Under the pieces are notes generated by a model. The model searched no databases and had not been told where the DNA came from. It saw only the letters and a program-made list of their open reading frames with translations. The translations under genes and the position numbers were made by a program. From Clostridia bacterium (GTDB lineage: Bacteria; Bacillota; Clostridia; UMGS1840): DNA of 64,000 nucleotides. Positions 27,516 to 35,945 of this stretch are shown in pieces. The DNA lies in assembly GCA_017625695.1 (NCBI GenBank), contig JAGAKI010000043.1, positions 7,378 to 71,377 of the forward strand, in the 5' to 3' direction. Numbering within the stretch: position 1 is the stretch's first letter; the number at the start of each line of letters is the position of its first letter.

Positions 27516-29393
27516 GTGTCAGTTACGAACAAACAGAACCCTATCCCACAAAAAAAACGAAGTATTTTAAGAGTGCTGTACTTTTTTTTAGCGCCCTTTA
27601 TTTTGCTTTGTTCTTTGGAGGTGATGCATCTGTCGTTCCCCAAGTCGATAGATGCTGTATTGAAAGATTCCTATTACCCCGTCAAGCTTCTGTTAAGTTA
27701 TCTGTTTGTACTGTCCTGGCAAAGTCTTTTTTACACTTTAACGCAAAGCTCTTTTACCTCTAATCTCATCAACACCTGCGTGATGTTTATGATTGGATAT
27801 TCCAGTGAGGTATTAGGCAGAGTCAACGGAAATCCGTTACTCCCCTCAGATTTACTGCTCATAAAAAATGTGAAAGAAATTGCATCCTTTGCAGAAATTC
27901 CTTCTTTCTGGTCGGCTCCCGTGGCAGTAGCAATCAACGGAATCTCTCTGATTCTGCATTTTATTGTGTGCCGACTTCGTCCCGAAAAGCCGAAATTATT
28001 CAAGCGTGTGTGGCTCAGTTGGATTTCCATAGGTGCTTTTTGTCTTGCTACCTTTACCATTTGCTTAAGTCCGCAGTTCCGCTACGGTTTTCTTCCCAAA
28101 ATCGGGGTGCAGATTTCTGCATTTAACCCAATTGAAGATTACAACTCCAACGGTGCTGTTCTGACCTTTTTCCCAAGAATCGGGGACTTGGTCGTAAAAG
28201 AAACCGAAAACTACAGCGAGCTTGCAATTTGTGCCTTAAATTCCAAATATCCCACCCCTCAATCCGTTGAAACCAAACGGAAAGCCAATGTTATCATCAT
28301 TCAGAACGAAGCCTGGTGGGACCCTGCCCAAATGCCGGAAGTAACCTATAGCGAAGATTTGCTTTCCGGGATCCGCTCTCTTAAAAAAAATACAGTCAAG
28401 GGAACCTTTTTATCTCCTGTCTATGCAGGCGGAACCTGTATGCCGGAATTTGAAGTAGTTACCGGAATTCCCACTTATTTTCTTCCCTCTTCTGCATATC
28501 CCTACACCCAATATATTACCGACCAAACCCCATCGATTGTTTCGGTATATCAGCAGCTTGGATATCAGACGGTGGCACTCCACCCATACAAGAAGAATTT
28601 CTACAACCGCGCTACCGCCTATCCCCTGCTTGGATTTGACACATTTAAAGGAATGGATGAATTTGAATCCACCGAAAAATCCGGTGCCTATATTGATGAT
28701 ATGTCCTGTGTCAATCAGATTATTCACGAATTTGAAAACAAAACCGCAGACCGGATTTTCCAGTTTGTAGTCACCATGGAAAATCACGGCACCTACACCG
28801 CTCCACGCTACGAAAGCTTTGACTTTGAAATGGAAGCTCCCACTCTTTCGGAAGAAGATTATCTGGATTTACAACGGTATTCTCAAGGGGTGTACAATGC
28901 GGATAAGGCTTTTATGGCATTGGTGGAATATTTTAAAACTGTAGACGAACCCGTGATTCTGGCAATGTACGGTGACCATCTGCCTCTACTTGGCACCAAC
29001 GGCAGTACCTATATGGATTCCGGCTTTGTAGAGCAGTCGGAAATCTTTGTTTCCTCCGAACATCCCCAACTGTACGAAACACCCTACGTGGTATGGACCA
29101 ACTACAATAAACCAAATTTCAATCTGGAAAAAGTCATCAGTGGAAACACCTTAGGATTACGATTGTTTTTAGCAAGTGGCAACGAAGCACCCTGGTATTT
29201 CGGCGTTTTGGATGAATTCAGCCGAAAATACCCGGCAGTAGGCAAAACCGCTTTGTATCATCAGAATGGTGAAAAAATCACCCACTTTGACCCGGAAGAT
29301 GATGCCTTACGGCAAGCCTATGAAATGCTCATTTATGATATTCTTCACGGAAAGCAGTATTGTGTCAAATCGTCTCTGTTGCAAACACCATAA
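27516..29393 (+). CDS. LTA synthase / phosphoglycerol-transferase family protein (N-terminal polytopic domain plus extracellular sulfatase-fold domain)
   Basis: Five N-terminal TM segments, then an alkaline-phosphatase-superfamily domain (IIIQNEAWWDP, GGTCMPEFEVVTG, MENHGTY, YGDHLP). The start is uncertain. GTG 27516 is the first candidate downstream of the predicted promoter; the ORF-track start 27429 lies upstream of it. Confidence 0.75.
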   Translation: MSVTNKQNPIPQKKRSILRVLYFFLAPFILLCSLEVMHLSFPKSIDAVLKDSYYPVKLLLSYLFVLSWQSLFYTLTQSSFTSNLINTCVMFMIGYSSEVLGRVNGNPLLPSDLLLIKNVKEIASFAEIPSFWSAPVAVAINGISLILHFIVCRLRPEKPKLFKRVWLSWISIGAFCLATFTICLSPQFRYGFLPKIGVQISAFNPIEDYNSNGAVLTFFPRIGDLVVKETENYSELAICALNSKYPTPQSVETKRKANVIIIQNEAWWDPAQMPEVTYSEDLLSGIRSLKKNTVKGTFLSPVYAGGTCMPEFEVVTGIPTYFLPSSAYPYTQYITDQTPSIVSVYQQLGYQTVALHPYKKNFYNRATAYPLLGFDTFKGMDEFESTEKSGAYIDDMSCVNQIIHEFENKTADRIFQFVVTMENHGTYTAPRYESFDFEMEAPTLSEEDYLDLQRYSQGVYNADKAFMALVEYFKTVDEPVILAMYGDHLPLLGTNGSTYMDSGFVEQSEIFVSSEHPQLYETPYVVWTNYNKPNFNLEKVISGNTLGLRLFLASGNEAPWYFGVLDEFSRKYPAVGKTALYHQNGEKITHFDPEDDALRQAYEMLIYDILHGKQYCVKSSLLQTP

Positions 29394-29413
29394 CGTATTT
29401 TTTAAATTATAAC

Positions 29414-29453
29414 AAAAAACTGACTTTGCTTCCAACGCAAAGTCAGTTTTTTT
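29414..29453. terminator. Bidirectional rho-independent terminator between the convergent LtaS-family and LRR genes
   Basis: AAAAAACTGACTTTGC-ttccaac-GCAAAGTCAGTTTTTTT. Confidence 0.75.
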
Positions 29454-29466
29454 ATTCACAAGACAA

Positions 29467-30852
29467 TTAATATCTGTAGAAACTGATGGTTCTGTTGGTC
29501 CCATCCCAATAGCAGGTTCCGAAGGCAGCCAGGTCGTCAATAAATATGACAGTATAACCATTTACGTTGTAACCGGAAATCGGATATCCGTAAGAATAGG
29601 TCTTAATATCTGTATAGTATACATCCATTGCTTTAGTACCGACAATACCACCGGCACCGGTGTGCCGGTATACCGAATGAATCACTTTGTCCCCTTCATC
29701 AATATACAAAGAACGAACGTCATTCTTATACACCACTTTAAAGCCGTATAAGCTTAAATCCTCAGCTACAATCGCAGTATTACCTTCAATGTTGAAGGAT
29801 CGGATGGGATGTCCGTCAATATAGGCACGAATGTCGGTGTGAAGCACCTGATTGATAATGCTTCCGGGACCAACGACTGACGACTGCGGATCGGGAGTAA
29901 CGCTGTCAACCGGGTTCGCGGAATTGTAATGAATGGTAACTTCTTTTAATTTTTTATTATAGCTGGAATTAACTCCGGAGATACTTTCCCACTGAGTCTG
30001 GGAACCTTCATAATAAATATCTGTCAGACTTTCACACGAGTCAACAACATAATTTCCCAATTTCGTCAAAGATGCAGGAATTCTTATAGATTCCAACGAT
30101 TTACATTTGTAAAAGGCGGATTTTCCAATTTCTTGGGCTTCCACAGACATTTCAACCGCAGTCAATCCTTCACATCCCGAAAATAAGCTTTCCGGCAGAA
30201 CTCTTAATCCTCTCGGCAACTTGGCGGTTTCTAATGAAACACACCCGCTAAATACACCTGTTCCGATAGTGGATACGTTATCAGGAATCGAAATGCCGGT
30301 AAGAGAATCACAGTTTCTAAATGCGGATTTGGCAATTGTTCTCAGGGTGCTCGGAAGGGCCACACTTCTGAGTGCAGTACAATCACTAAACGCATATTCA
30401 TAAATTTGCTTGACTCCTTCCGGAATGTTCATACTTGCTAAATTGGCACATCCATAAAATGTATTGGCCCCAATTTCTGTAATTCCGGCAGGCAGCGTAA
30501 TACTGCTGAGCTTTGTACATTTATAAAATGCATATTCTCCAATATAGCTTACCGAATTGGGAACTATAATCTGAGAGATGGAACCGCAGCCATAAAAAGC
30601 ATTGTCACCTATGGAGGTTACGCCCTGTGCAACAACAACCTTTTTTACCTTGTTTTTTTGAGATATCCACGGAAAATCATGCCAAGCAAAATTATACATA
30701 TCTCCAGAACCGCTGATAGTTAACGTACCGGAATCATCCAATGTCCAGGATAAATTCACACCACATTCTCCTGATGCGGCATAAGCTGAAAACGGAAGGA
30801 AGCAGAATGCCAAAACCATAGTTAACAGCAAACAAATTATTCTTTTGTTCAT
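29467..30852 (-). CDS. Secreted BspA-type leucine-rich-repeat surface protein with a duplicated C-terminal module
   Basis: Signal peptide (LLLTMVLAFCFLPFSAYA). About 8 LRR_5-type repeats follow (e.g. SIGDNAFYGCGSISQIIVPNSVSYIGEYAFYKCTKLSSITLP). The C-terminus holds two copies of the module TDI+xY..G.PI...N..G.T.I...DL...GF. Confidence 0.8.
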   Translation of the reverse strand: MNKRIICLLLTMVLAFCFLPFSAYAASGECGVNLSWTLDDSGTLTISGSGDMYNFAWHDFPWISQKNKVKKVVVAQGVTSIGDNAFYGCGSISQIIVPNSVSYIGEYAFYKCTKLSSITLPAGITEIGANTFYGCANLASMNIPEGVKQIYEYAFSDCTALRSVALPSTLRTIAKSAFRNCDSLTGISIPDNVSTIGTGVFSGCVSLETAKLPRGLRVLPESLFSGCEGLTAVEMSVEAQEIGKSAFYKCKSLESIRIPASLTKLGNYVVDSCESLTDIYYEGSQTQWESISGVNSSYNKKLKEVTIHYNSANPVDSVTPDPQSSVVGPGSIINQVLHTDIRAYIDGHPIRSFNIEGNTAIVAEDLSLYGFKVVYKNDVRSLYIDEGDKVIHSVYRHTGAGGIVGTKAMDVYYTDIKTYSYGYPISGYNVNGYTVIFIDDLAAFGTCYWDGTNRTISFYRY

Positions 30853-30948
30853 TTTTAAAATTCCTTTCTTTATAACTTTTTTTGCAGGAACTGCACATTT
30901 TCTGACACTTACCCCTTTCTTTGCATCATTTTCCCACCACTTAAAACA

Positions 30949-30977
30949 ATTATACTCAATATATTGAGTATTGTCAA
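30949..30977 (-). promoter_or_regulatory. Perfect-consensus sigma-A promoter of the LRR protein gene
   Basis: The minus strand reads TTGACA (30977-30972), a 17-nt spacer, then TATAAT (30954-30949). Confidence 0.55.
30952..30971. promoter_or_regulatory. Perfect 20-bp palindrome, candidate operator for the adjacent HTH protein
   Basis: ATACTCAATA|TATTGAGTAT. It fills the whole spacer and part of the -10 element of the LRR promoter. It also abuts a TTGTCA -35-like hexamer facing the HTH gene. Confidence 0.5.
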
Positions 30978-31014
30978 GAGATTAAGTATGATAAAATAAG
31001 AGTGGTGATAAAAA

Positions 31015-31215
31015 ATGATTAGCTACAAACCATTTTATGAAACACTCTATAAAAAAGGAATTACAGAATACTATCTGATTTTTAAGCAGGGATTTTCGGC
31101 AAATACCTTGCATCGCATCAAAAAAGGCGAAGCAATCAGCACCAAAACTCTGGATGCACTTTGCTACGCCTTGGATTGTAATGTGGGAGATATTATCCGA
31201 TTTGAAAAAGAATAA
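31015..31215 (+). CDS. Small XRE/Cro-C1-type helix-turn-helix transcriptional regulator (66 aa)
   Basis: FKQGFSANTLHRIKKGEAISTKTLDALCYALDCNVGDIIRF is a typical HTH_26-like stand-alone DNA-binding domain. Confidence 0.8.
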   Translation: MISYKPFYETLYKKGITEYYLIFKQGFSANTLHRIKKGEAISTKTLDALCYALDCNVGDIIRFEKE

Positions 31216-31222
31216 CAAAACC

Positions 31223-31263
31223 AAAGGGCGTGTAAAAAACTCAGTTTTTTTACACGCCCTTTT
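31223..31263. terminator. Bidirectional rho-independent terminator between the HTH gene and rqcP
   Basis: AAAGGGCGTGTAAAAAA-ctcag-TTTTTTTACACGCCCTTT. Confidence 0.75.
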
Positions 31264-31288
31264 ACATTTTGGATTTTAATTTCCGTTC

Positions 31289-31534
31289 TTATCCTTCAAT
31301 CTGACGATACATTAACTGTGCATCGTCTTTTTTTACGACCTCTTTGACTTCAATCACTTCCACGGTAATGGTTTTCAAGCCAAACTGAAGAGTAAGAATA
31401 TCGCCGACTTTCACTTCAGAGGAAGGCTTCGCCACTTTGCCGTTGATGGTTACTTTTCCGCCTTCACAAGCTTCCTGAGCAACGGTACGGCGTTTGATAA
31501 TGCGGGATACTTTTAAATATTTATCTATTCTCAT
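31289..31534 (-). CDS. rqcP: S4-domain RNA-binding protein, RqcP/YabO-like ribosome quality-control factor
   Basis: MRIDKYLKVSRIIKRRTVAQEACEGGKVTINGKVAKPSSEVKVGDILTLQFG closely parallels B. subtilis YabO (as recalled). The ATG at 31534 is preceded by AAAGGTA. Confidence 0.7.
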   Translation of the reverse strand: MRIDKYLKVSRIIKRRTVAQEACEGGKVTINGKVAKPSSEVKVGDILTLQFGLKTITVEVIEVKEVVKKDDAQLMYRQIEG

Positions 31535-31556
31535 TTTTTCGTACCTTTTTATTCTT

Positions 31557-32408
31557 TTAATCTTTCCAACCATTCTGGCAGATGGCTGCAGTCACGGTGT
31601 TTTTCATTAGCATTGCAATGGTCATAGGACCAACGCCTCCGGGGACAGGAGTAATGGCAGACGCTACTTTGGACACTTCGGCAAAATCCACGTCACCGCA
31701 GAGAGTTTTATCCGGCATACGGTTAATTCCAACGTCAATGACAACTGCACCTTCTTTCACCATATCCGCAGTAACAAAATTAGGTTTCCCGATGCCTACC
31801 ACCAGGATATCCGCACGTTTGGTCACTTCTTTTAAGTTTTGGGTACGGGAATGACAGATGGTTACGGTTCCGTTCTGATGCAGCAACAGCATTGCCTGGG
31901 GTTTGCCCACGATATTACTTCTGCCCAGTACCACACATTCTTTTCCGGTAACATCAATTCCGCTATCTTTGATAAGCTCCATCACACCGGCAGGAGTACA
32001 AGGCAGAAAATCGTAGTTTCCAATCATAATTTTACCCACATTCTGAGGATGAAATGCATCCACGTCTTTTTGGGGGTCGATGGTATTGATAACCGTTTCT
32101 TCGTTAATATGCTTGGGCAAAGGTAGCTGCACCAAAATACCGTTGACAGAATCATCTTCATTTAATTTACGAACCAAATTGAGTAATTCTTCTTCAGAAG
32201 TGTCACCGGGCAGTGCAAATTCCTGAGAGTTGATTCCCAAAGCTTCGCACGCTTTCTTTTTGGAGTTTACATAGACACGGGAAGCAGGATCATCGCCCAC
32301 GATGATGACGGTTAACCCCACGCTGATTCCTTTTTTGTTCAGGTCTGCCACCTTTTCTTTCATTTCGTCCTTGATTCGTTGTGCTACCATTTTTCCGTCT
32401 AAAATCAT
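31557..32408 (-). CDS. folD: Bifunctional methylenetetrahydrofolate dehydrogenase (NADP+) / methenyl-THF cyclohydrolase
   Basis: ILDGKMVAQRIK..., VGDDPASRVYVNSKKK, VQLPLP, GRSNIVGKP and PGGVGPMT motifs. GAAGGAG lies 9 nt upstream of the ATG. Confidence 0.93.
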   Translation of the reverse strand: MILDGKMVAQRIKDEMKEKVADLNKKGISVGLTVIIVGDDPASRVYVNSKKKACEALGINSQEFALPGDTSEEELLNLVRKLNEDDSVNGILVQLPLPKHINEETVINTIDPQKDVDAFHPQNVGKIMIGNYDFLPCTPAGVMELIKDSGIDVTGKECVVLGRSNIVGKPQAMLLLHQNGTVTICHSRTQNLKEVTKRADILVVGIGKPNFVTADMVKEGAVVIDVGINRMPDKTLCGDVDFAEVSKVASAITPVPGGVGPMTIAMLMKNTVTAAICQNGWKD

Positions 32409-34209
32409 CTTTTTTCATCTCCTTCTCTGAATGCTTGTGGTAAGGCAACAGTTGTGCCATCAAATATTCCATACCTGCTTCTTTTAATGCCTTTTTCACC
32501 ATTTCCCGATTTTCGGGCTTATAGGTCTGAAGCATTGCTCTTTGCATGGTTTTTTCCTGATAGGATTTTGCCACATACACGCTTTTTCCCGTTCTGGGGT
32601 CCAGTTCAGTGTAATACATAGCGGTGGATAGAGTTCCCGGCGTAGGATAAAAATCCTGGACCTGTTCAGGAACCATTTTATGTTTCTTTAAAAAGAGAGC
32701 AAGTTCCACAGCATCCTGCACCCGGCTGCCCGGATGGGAGGACATCAGATACGGCACCAGATATTGCTCTTTCCCTGCTTGTTTGGTTAACTGATAAAAC
32801 TTCTTCATAAATCCTTCAAAAACTTCAATGTTGGGTTTTCCCATGTAGCGAAGCACATTGTTGGAAGAATGTTCGGGTGCAACCTTTAACTGTCCCGAAA
32901 CGTGATGTTCCACCAATTCTTGAAAGAAAGTGTCATTTTTGTCTGCCATCAGGTAATCAAAACGGATTCCCGAACGGACAAACACTTTTTTCACTTTCGG
33001 TAAACTGCGTAATTTTCGTAATAATTCCAGGTAATCCCGATGGTCTGCTTTCAGGTTCTTACAAGGGGTAGGGAACAAACATTGCTTATTCTTGCAGGCG
33101 CCCACTTTCATCTGATTTTCGCAAGCGGGGAATCGGAAGTTTGCGGTAGGACCGCCCACATCATGAATATATCCTTTAAAATCAGGTTCTGCAATAATTT
33201 TTTTTGCTTCTTCAATGATAGATTTATGACTTCTTGCCGTCACAATTCTGCCCTGATGAAAGGCAAGAGAACAAAAGTTACAGCCTCCAAAACAGCCACG
33301 CTGAGAAATAATGGAAAACTTCACTTCACTGATAGCAGGTACTCCACCCTCTTTTTCATAAATAGGATGATAAGTTCTCATAAAAGGCAAGCTGTACACC
33401 TTGTCCAGTTCTTCACCGGATAAGGGTTTACAAGGAGGATTTTGCACCACATAACGGTCAATATGATGCTGAATTAACGTTTTTCCGATAAACGGATTTT
33501 GTTCCCCAAAGCTTTCTTTGGTAAATTTGGCATATTGCTTTTTGTCTTCCCGCACCTGTTCAAAGGTGGGTAATATCACAGCATTTTCAATATGGTCTAT
33601 GTTCTTGGCCTGATACACGATGCCGGGCAATTTCTTGATTTCATCACGTGTACCGTTCTTTAAAAATTCGGCAACCTTACGGATGGTGATTTCTCCCATT
33701 CCGAAGATTAAATAATCTGCTTTCGCATCCACTAAAATACTGCGACGAACCTTGTCACTCCAATAATCGTAGTGAGCAAGACGTCTAAGCGATGCTTCCA
33801 GTCCGCCTATCACCACAGGAATCTGCCCGTAGGCTTCCCGGATACGATTGGTATATACAATCACCGCACGGTCGGGACGTTTGCCCGTTTTTCCGCCGGG
33901 AGAAAAAGCATCGGTGCTTCTTGGCTTTTTGTTGACGGTATAGTGATTCACCATAGAATCCAGATTTCCGCTGTTCACCAAAAAGCCTAATTTGGGTTTT
34001 CCAAACCGCATAAAATCCGTTTTGGATTTATAATCCGGTTGTGCCAGAATTGCCACCCGATAGCCATCTGCCTCCAACACACGGGAAATAATAGCAGTGC
34101 CAAAAGAGGGATGGTCCACATAGGCATCTCCTGTTACTAAGACGAAGTCCACTTCGCCCCCGTACTGCTCGTTTACTTCTTCCATTGTGATGGGCAAAAA
34201 TTTATTCAT
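32290..34209 (-). CDS. ygiQ: YgiQ family radical SAM protein (UPF0313)
   Basis: N-terminal FVLVTGDAYVDHPSFG, a radical-SAM cluster motif (RGCFGGCNFCS), and a basic K/R-rich C-terminal tail. The 3' end overlaps the folD start by 119 nt in another frame. Confidence 0.85.
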   Translation of the reverse strand: MNKFLPITMEEVNEQYGGEVDFVLVTGDAYVDHPSFGTAIISRVLEADGYRVAILAQPDYKSKTDFMRFGKPKLGFLVNSGNLDSMVNHYTVNKKPRSTDAFSPGGKTGKRPDRAVIVYTNRIREAYGQIPVVIGGLEASLRRLAHYDYWSDKVRRSILVDAKADYLIFGMGEITIRKVAEFLKNGTRDEIKKLPGIVYQAKNIDHIENAVILPTFEQVREDKKQYAKFTKESFGEQNPFIGKTLIQHHIDRYVVQNPPCKPLSGEELDKVYSLPFMRTYHPIYEKEGGVPAISEVKFSIISQRGCFGGCNFCSLAFHQGRIVTARSHKSIIEEAKKIIAEPDFKGYIHDVGGPTANFRFPACENQMKVGACKNKQCLFPTPCKNLKADHRDYLELLRKLRSLPKVKKVFVRSGIRFDYLMADKNDTFFQELVEHHVSGQLKVAPEHSSNNVLRYMGKPNIEVFEGFMKKFYQLTKQAGKEQYLVPYLMSSHPGSRVQDAVELALFLKKHKMVPEQVQDFYPTPGTLSTAMYYTELDPRTGKSVYVAKSYQEKTMQRAMLQTYKPENREMVKKALKEAGMEYLMAQLLPYHKHSEKEMKKDDFRRKNGSTTNQGRNERKGGRPEQKRNQRGVNRHHRGR

Positions 34210-34227
34210 GTTATATTCCTTTATATC

Positions 34228-34761
34228 CTAAAACAATTTTGAAATTTCTTCGTTGGTTTTCTGATAAATTTCTTCGATATGCTCCTGGAAAAACTGACAT
34301 ACCCGAATCGCATGTTCACGGGTGGGAACCAACACATTTAAAGAAAACTGTTCCTGATTGTTTTCCAGCACTTTAATCCCTGCCAGAAATTCGCCGCCTT
34401 CGGGCATAAAGTCCGCAATGACTGCGGTTTTCGGTTCTTCGCTTTTTTTCTTTTCCAAAATGGCTTCATCTAATTTTTTGCGGATAAGAAGAGGTATTTT
34501 TGATTGAAAAAAGCCTGCAGTTTCTTTCCCTTCTTCGGTCAACTCATAGTAGTGCTTTCCGCTATCCATAAATACACGAAGCTGTTCCATTTTGACCAGC
34601 TCATAAATATTATATTGCAGATTAAAATAATCCACCTCTTGCCCGTCCATAATGAATTTGGTGAGTTCCGGATTGGTCAGAGAATCTCCGTATTCTTTGG
34701 CAACATACAGAATAATCAACCGTAAAATAAAATCATCCTGCAAAATTTTTTCAAAAGGCAT
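34228..34761 (-). CDS. DUF4364 family protein (putative winged-helix regulator)
   Basis: ILRLIILYVAKEYGDSLTNPELTKFIMDGQEVDYFNLQYNIYELVKMEQL matches the DUF4364 pattern as I recall it. RBS AAAGGAGA. Confidence 0.6.
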   Translation of the reverse strand: MPFEKILQDDFILRLIILYVAKEYGDSLTNPELTKFIMDGQEVDYFNLQYNIYELVKMEQLRVFMDSGKHYYELTEEGKETAGFFQSKIPLLIRKKLDEAILEKKKSEEPKTAVIADFMPEGGEFLAGIKVLENNQEQFSLNVLVPTREHAIRVCQFFQEHIEEIYQKTNEEISKLF

Positions 34762-34787
34762 AGTATTGTTCTCCTTTTATGTTTGTT

Positions 34788-35945
34788 CTAATAGGAATGG
34801 TCAAACCGAATGATAAGGCGGTTACGTTCGCCTGCCTTTTTCTGAATCATTTCGGTGAGTTCTTTCTCTGAATGGGGAAATTCGTAAGGTTTCACCACAT
34901 CAAATAGTACATTGTTGTGACTTTCCAAAAATACCACGCGAAAATCATGGATGGAAAGTTCTTCGGAAATTCCACCTACAATTTCTGAAATCCGCTGACG
35001 AAGCAGCATAACATCGGGATTGTCGGTTTCCACCGGGTCCATATGAATCACCAGATGGATTCCGAATTTTTCCTGAAAATACATCTCAATGTGGTCCACA
35101 ATATCGTGGCTGACAGTAATATTCTGCGACGCAGGGAATTCCACGTGAACGGTGGCAAAATATTGCCCTGCACCGTACTCATGCACCAACAAATCGTGTA
35201 TCCCGATGATGCTGTCATGATAGTTTAAAATCTCAGTTTCAATTTGTTTGACCAGTTCTTGTTTGGGTGGTTTGCCAAGCAGTGGGTCCAAAGTCTGAGA
35301 AATCAGTCCCCATCCGCTGTATAAAACCAATAACGACACCGCTGCCCCCACATAACCGTCTAAAGGCAGATGAAAATAGGTTCCCAAAAGGAAAGAAATC
35401 AAAATACCGGCAGTAGCAAAAGCATCGTTTAAGCTATCCTGTGCCGTTGCAAAAATCGCAACCGAATCCAGTTTTTTTCCGATTTTTTTATAAAAACAGT
35501 AAAGCCACAGCTTCACCACAACTGCCACACCCATCACCCAAATTGCCGCAGGGTGAAACAAGACTTCTTTGGGAGAGAAAATATCCTCAACAGCAGTTTT
35601 TAACAGGGAAAGTCCCAGCATCATAATGAGAAAGGACACCAACAGTCCGGTGATATATTCATATCTTGCGTGACCAAAGGGATGGTCTTTATCTGCCGGC
35701 TTTGCCGCCAGACGGAATCCTACCAGAGTAATCACCGAATTTCCCATATCGGAAAGGTTGTTAACACCGTCTGCCACAAGGGAGATACTCCCAAACAAAA
35801 TCCCCGACAGAATTTTTGCCACACAAAGCAGAATATTACAAACAATCCCAACACCACCGGTCAGCTTGGCGTAACGCCCCCGAACAGTAGGGTCAGAAAG
35901 ATTAGCATGTTCTTTTACAAATAGTTTGACAAGAAAATCAGTCAT
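34788..35945 (-). CDS. Cation diffusion facilitator (CDF) family divalent metal efflux transporter
   Basis: Six TM segments, ...KPADKDHPFGHARYEYI..., and a cytoplasmic C-terminal domain. The ATG at 35945 overlaps the ABC-F stop (ATGACTGA). Confidence 0.85.
   Translation of the reverse strand: MTDFLVKLFVKEHANLSDPTVRGRYAKLTGGVGIVCNILLCVAKILSGILFGSISLVADGVNNLSDMGNSVITLVGFRLAAKPADKDHPFGHARYEYITGLLVSFLIMMLGLSLLKTAVEDIFSPKEVLFHPAAIWVMGVAVVVKLWLYCFYKKIGKKLDSVAIFATAQDSLNDAFATAGILISFLLGTYFHLPLDGYVGAAVSLLVLYSGWGLISQTLDPLLGKPPKQELVKQIETEILNYHDSIIGIHDLLVHEYGAGQYFATVHVEFPASQNITVSHDIVDHIEMYFQEKFGIHLVIHMDPVETDNPDVMLLRQRISEIVGGISEELSIHDFRVVFLESHNNVLFDVVKPYEFPHSEKELTEMIQKKAGERNRLIIRFDHSY

Noticed and set aside
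30982-31224. 80-aa - strand ORF antisense to the HTH regulator gene
   Set aside because: It completely overlaps the + strand HTH gene, which has a recognisable Cro/C1-type fold sequence. The LRR promoter is read in the other direction from 30949. It is a shadow ORF.
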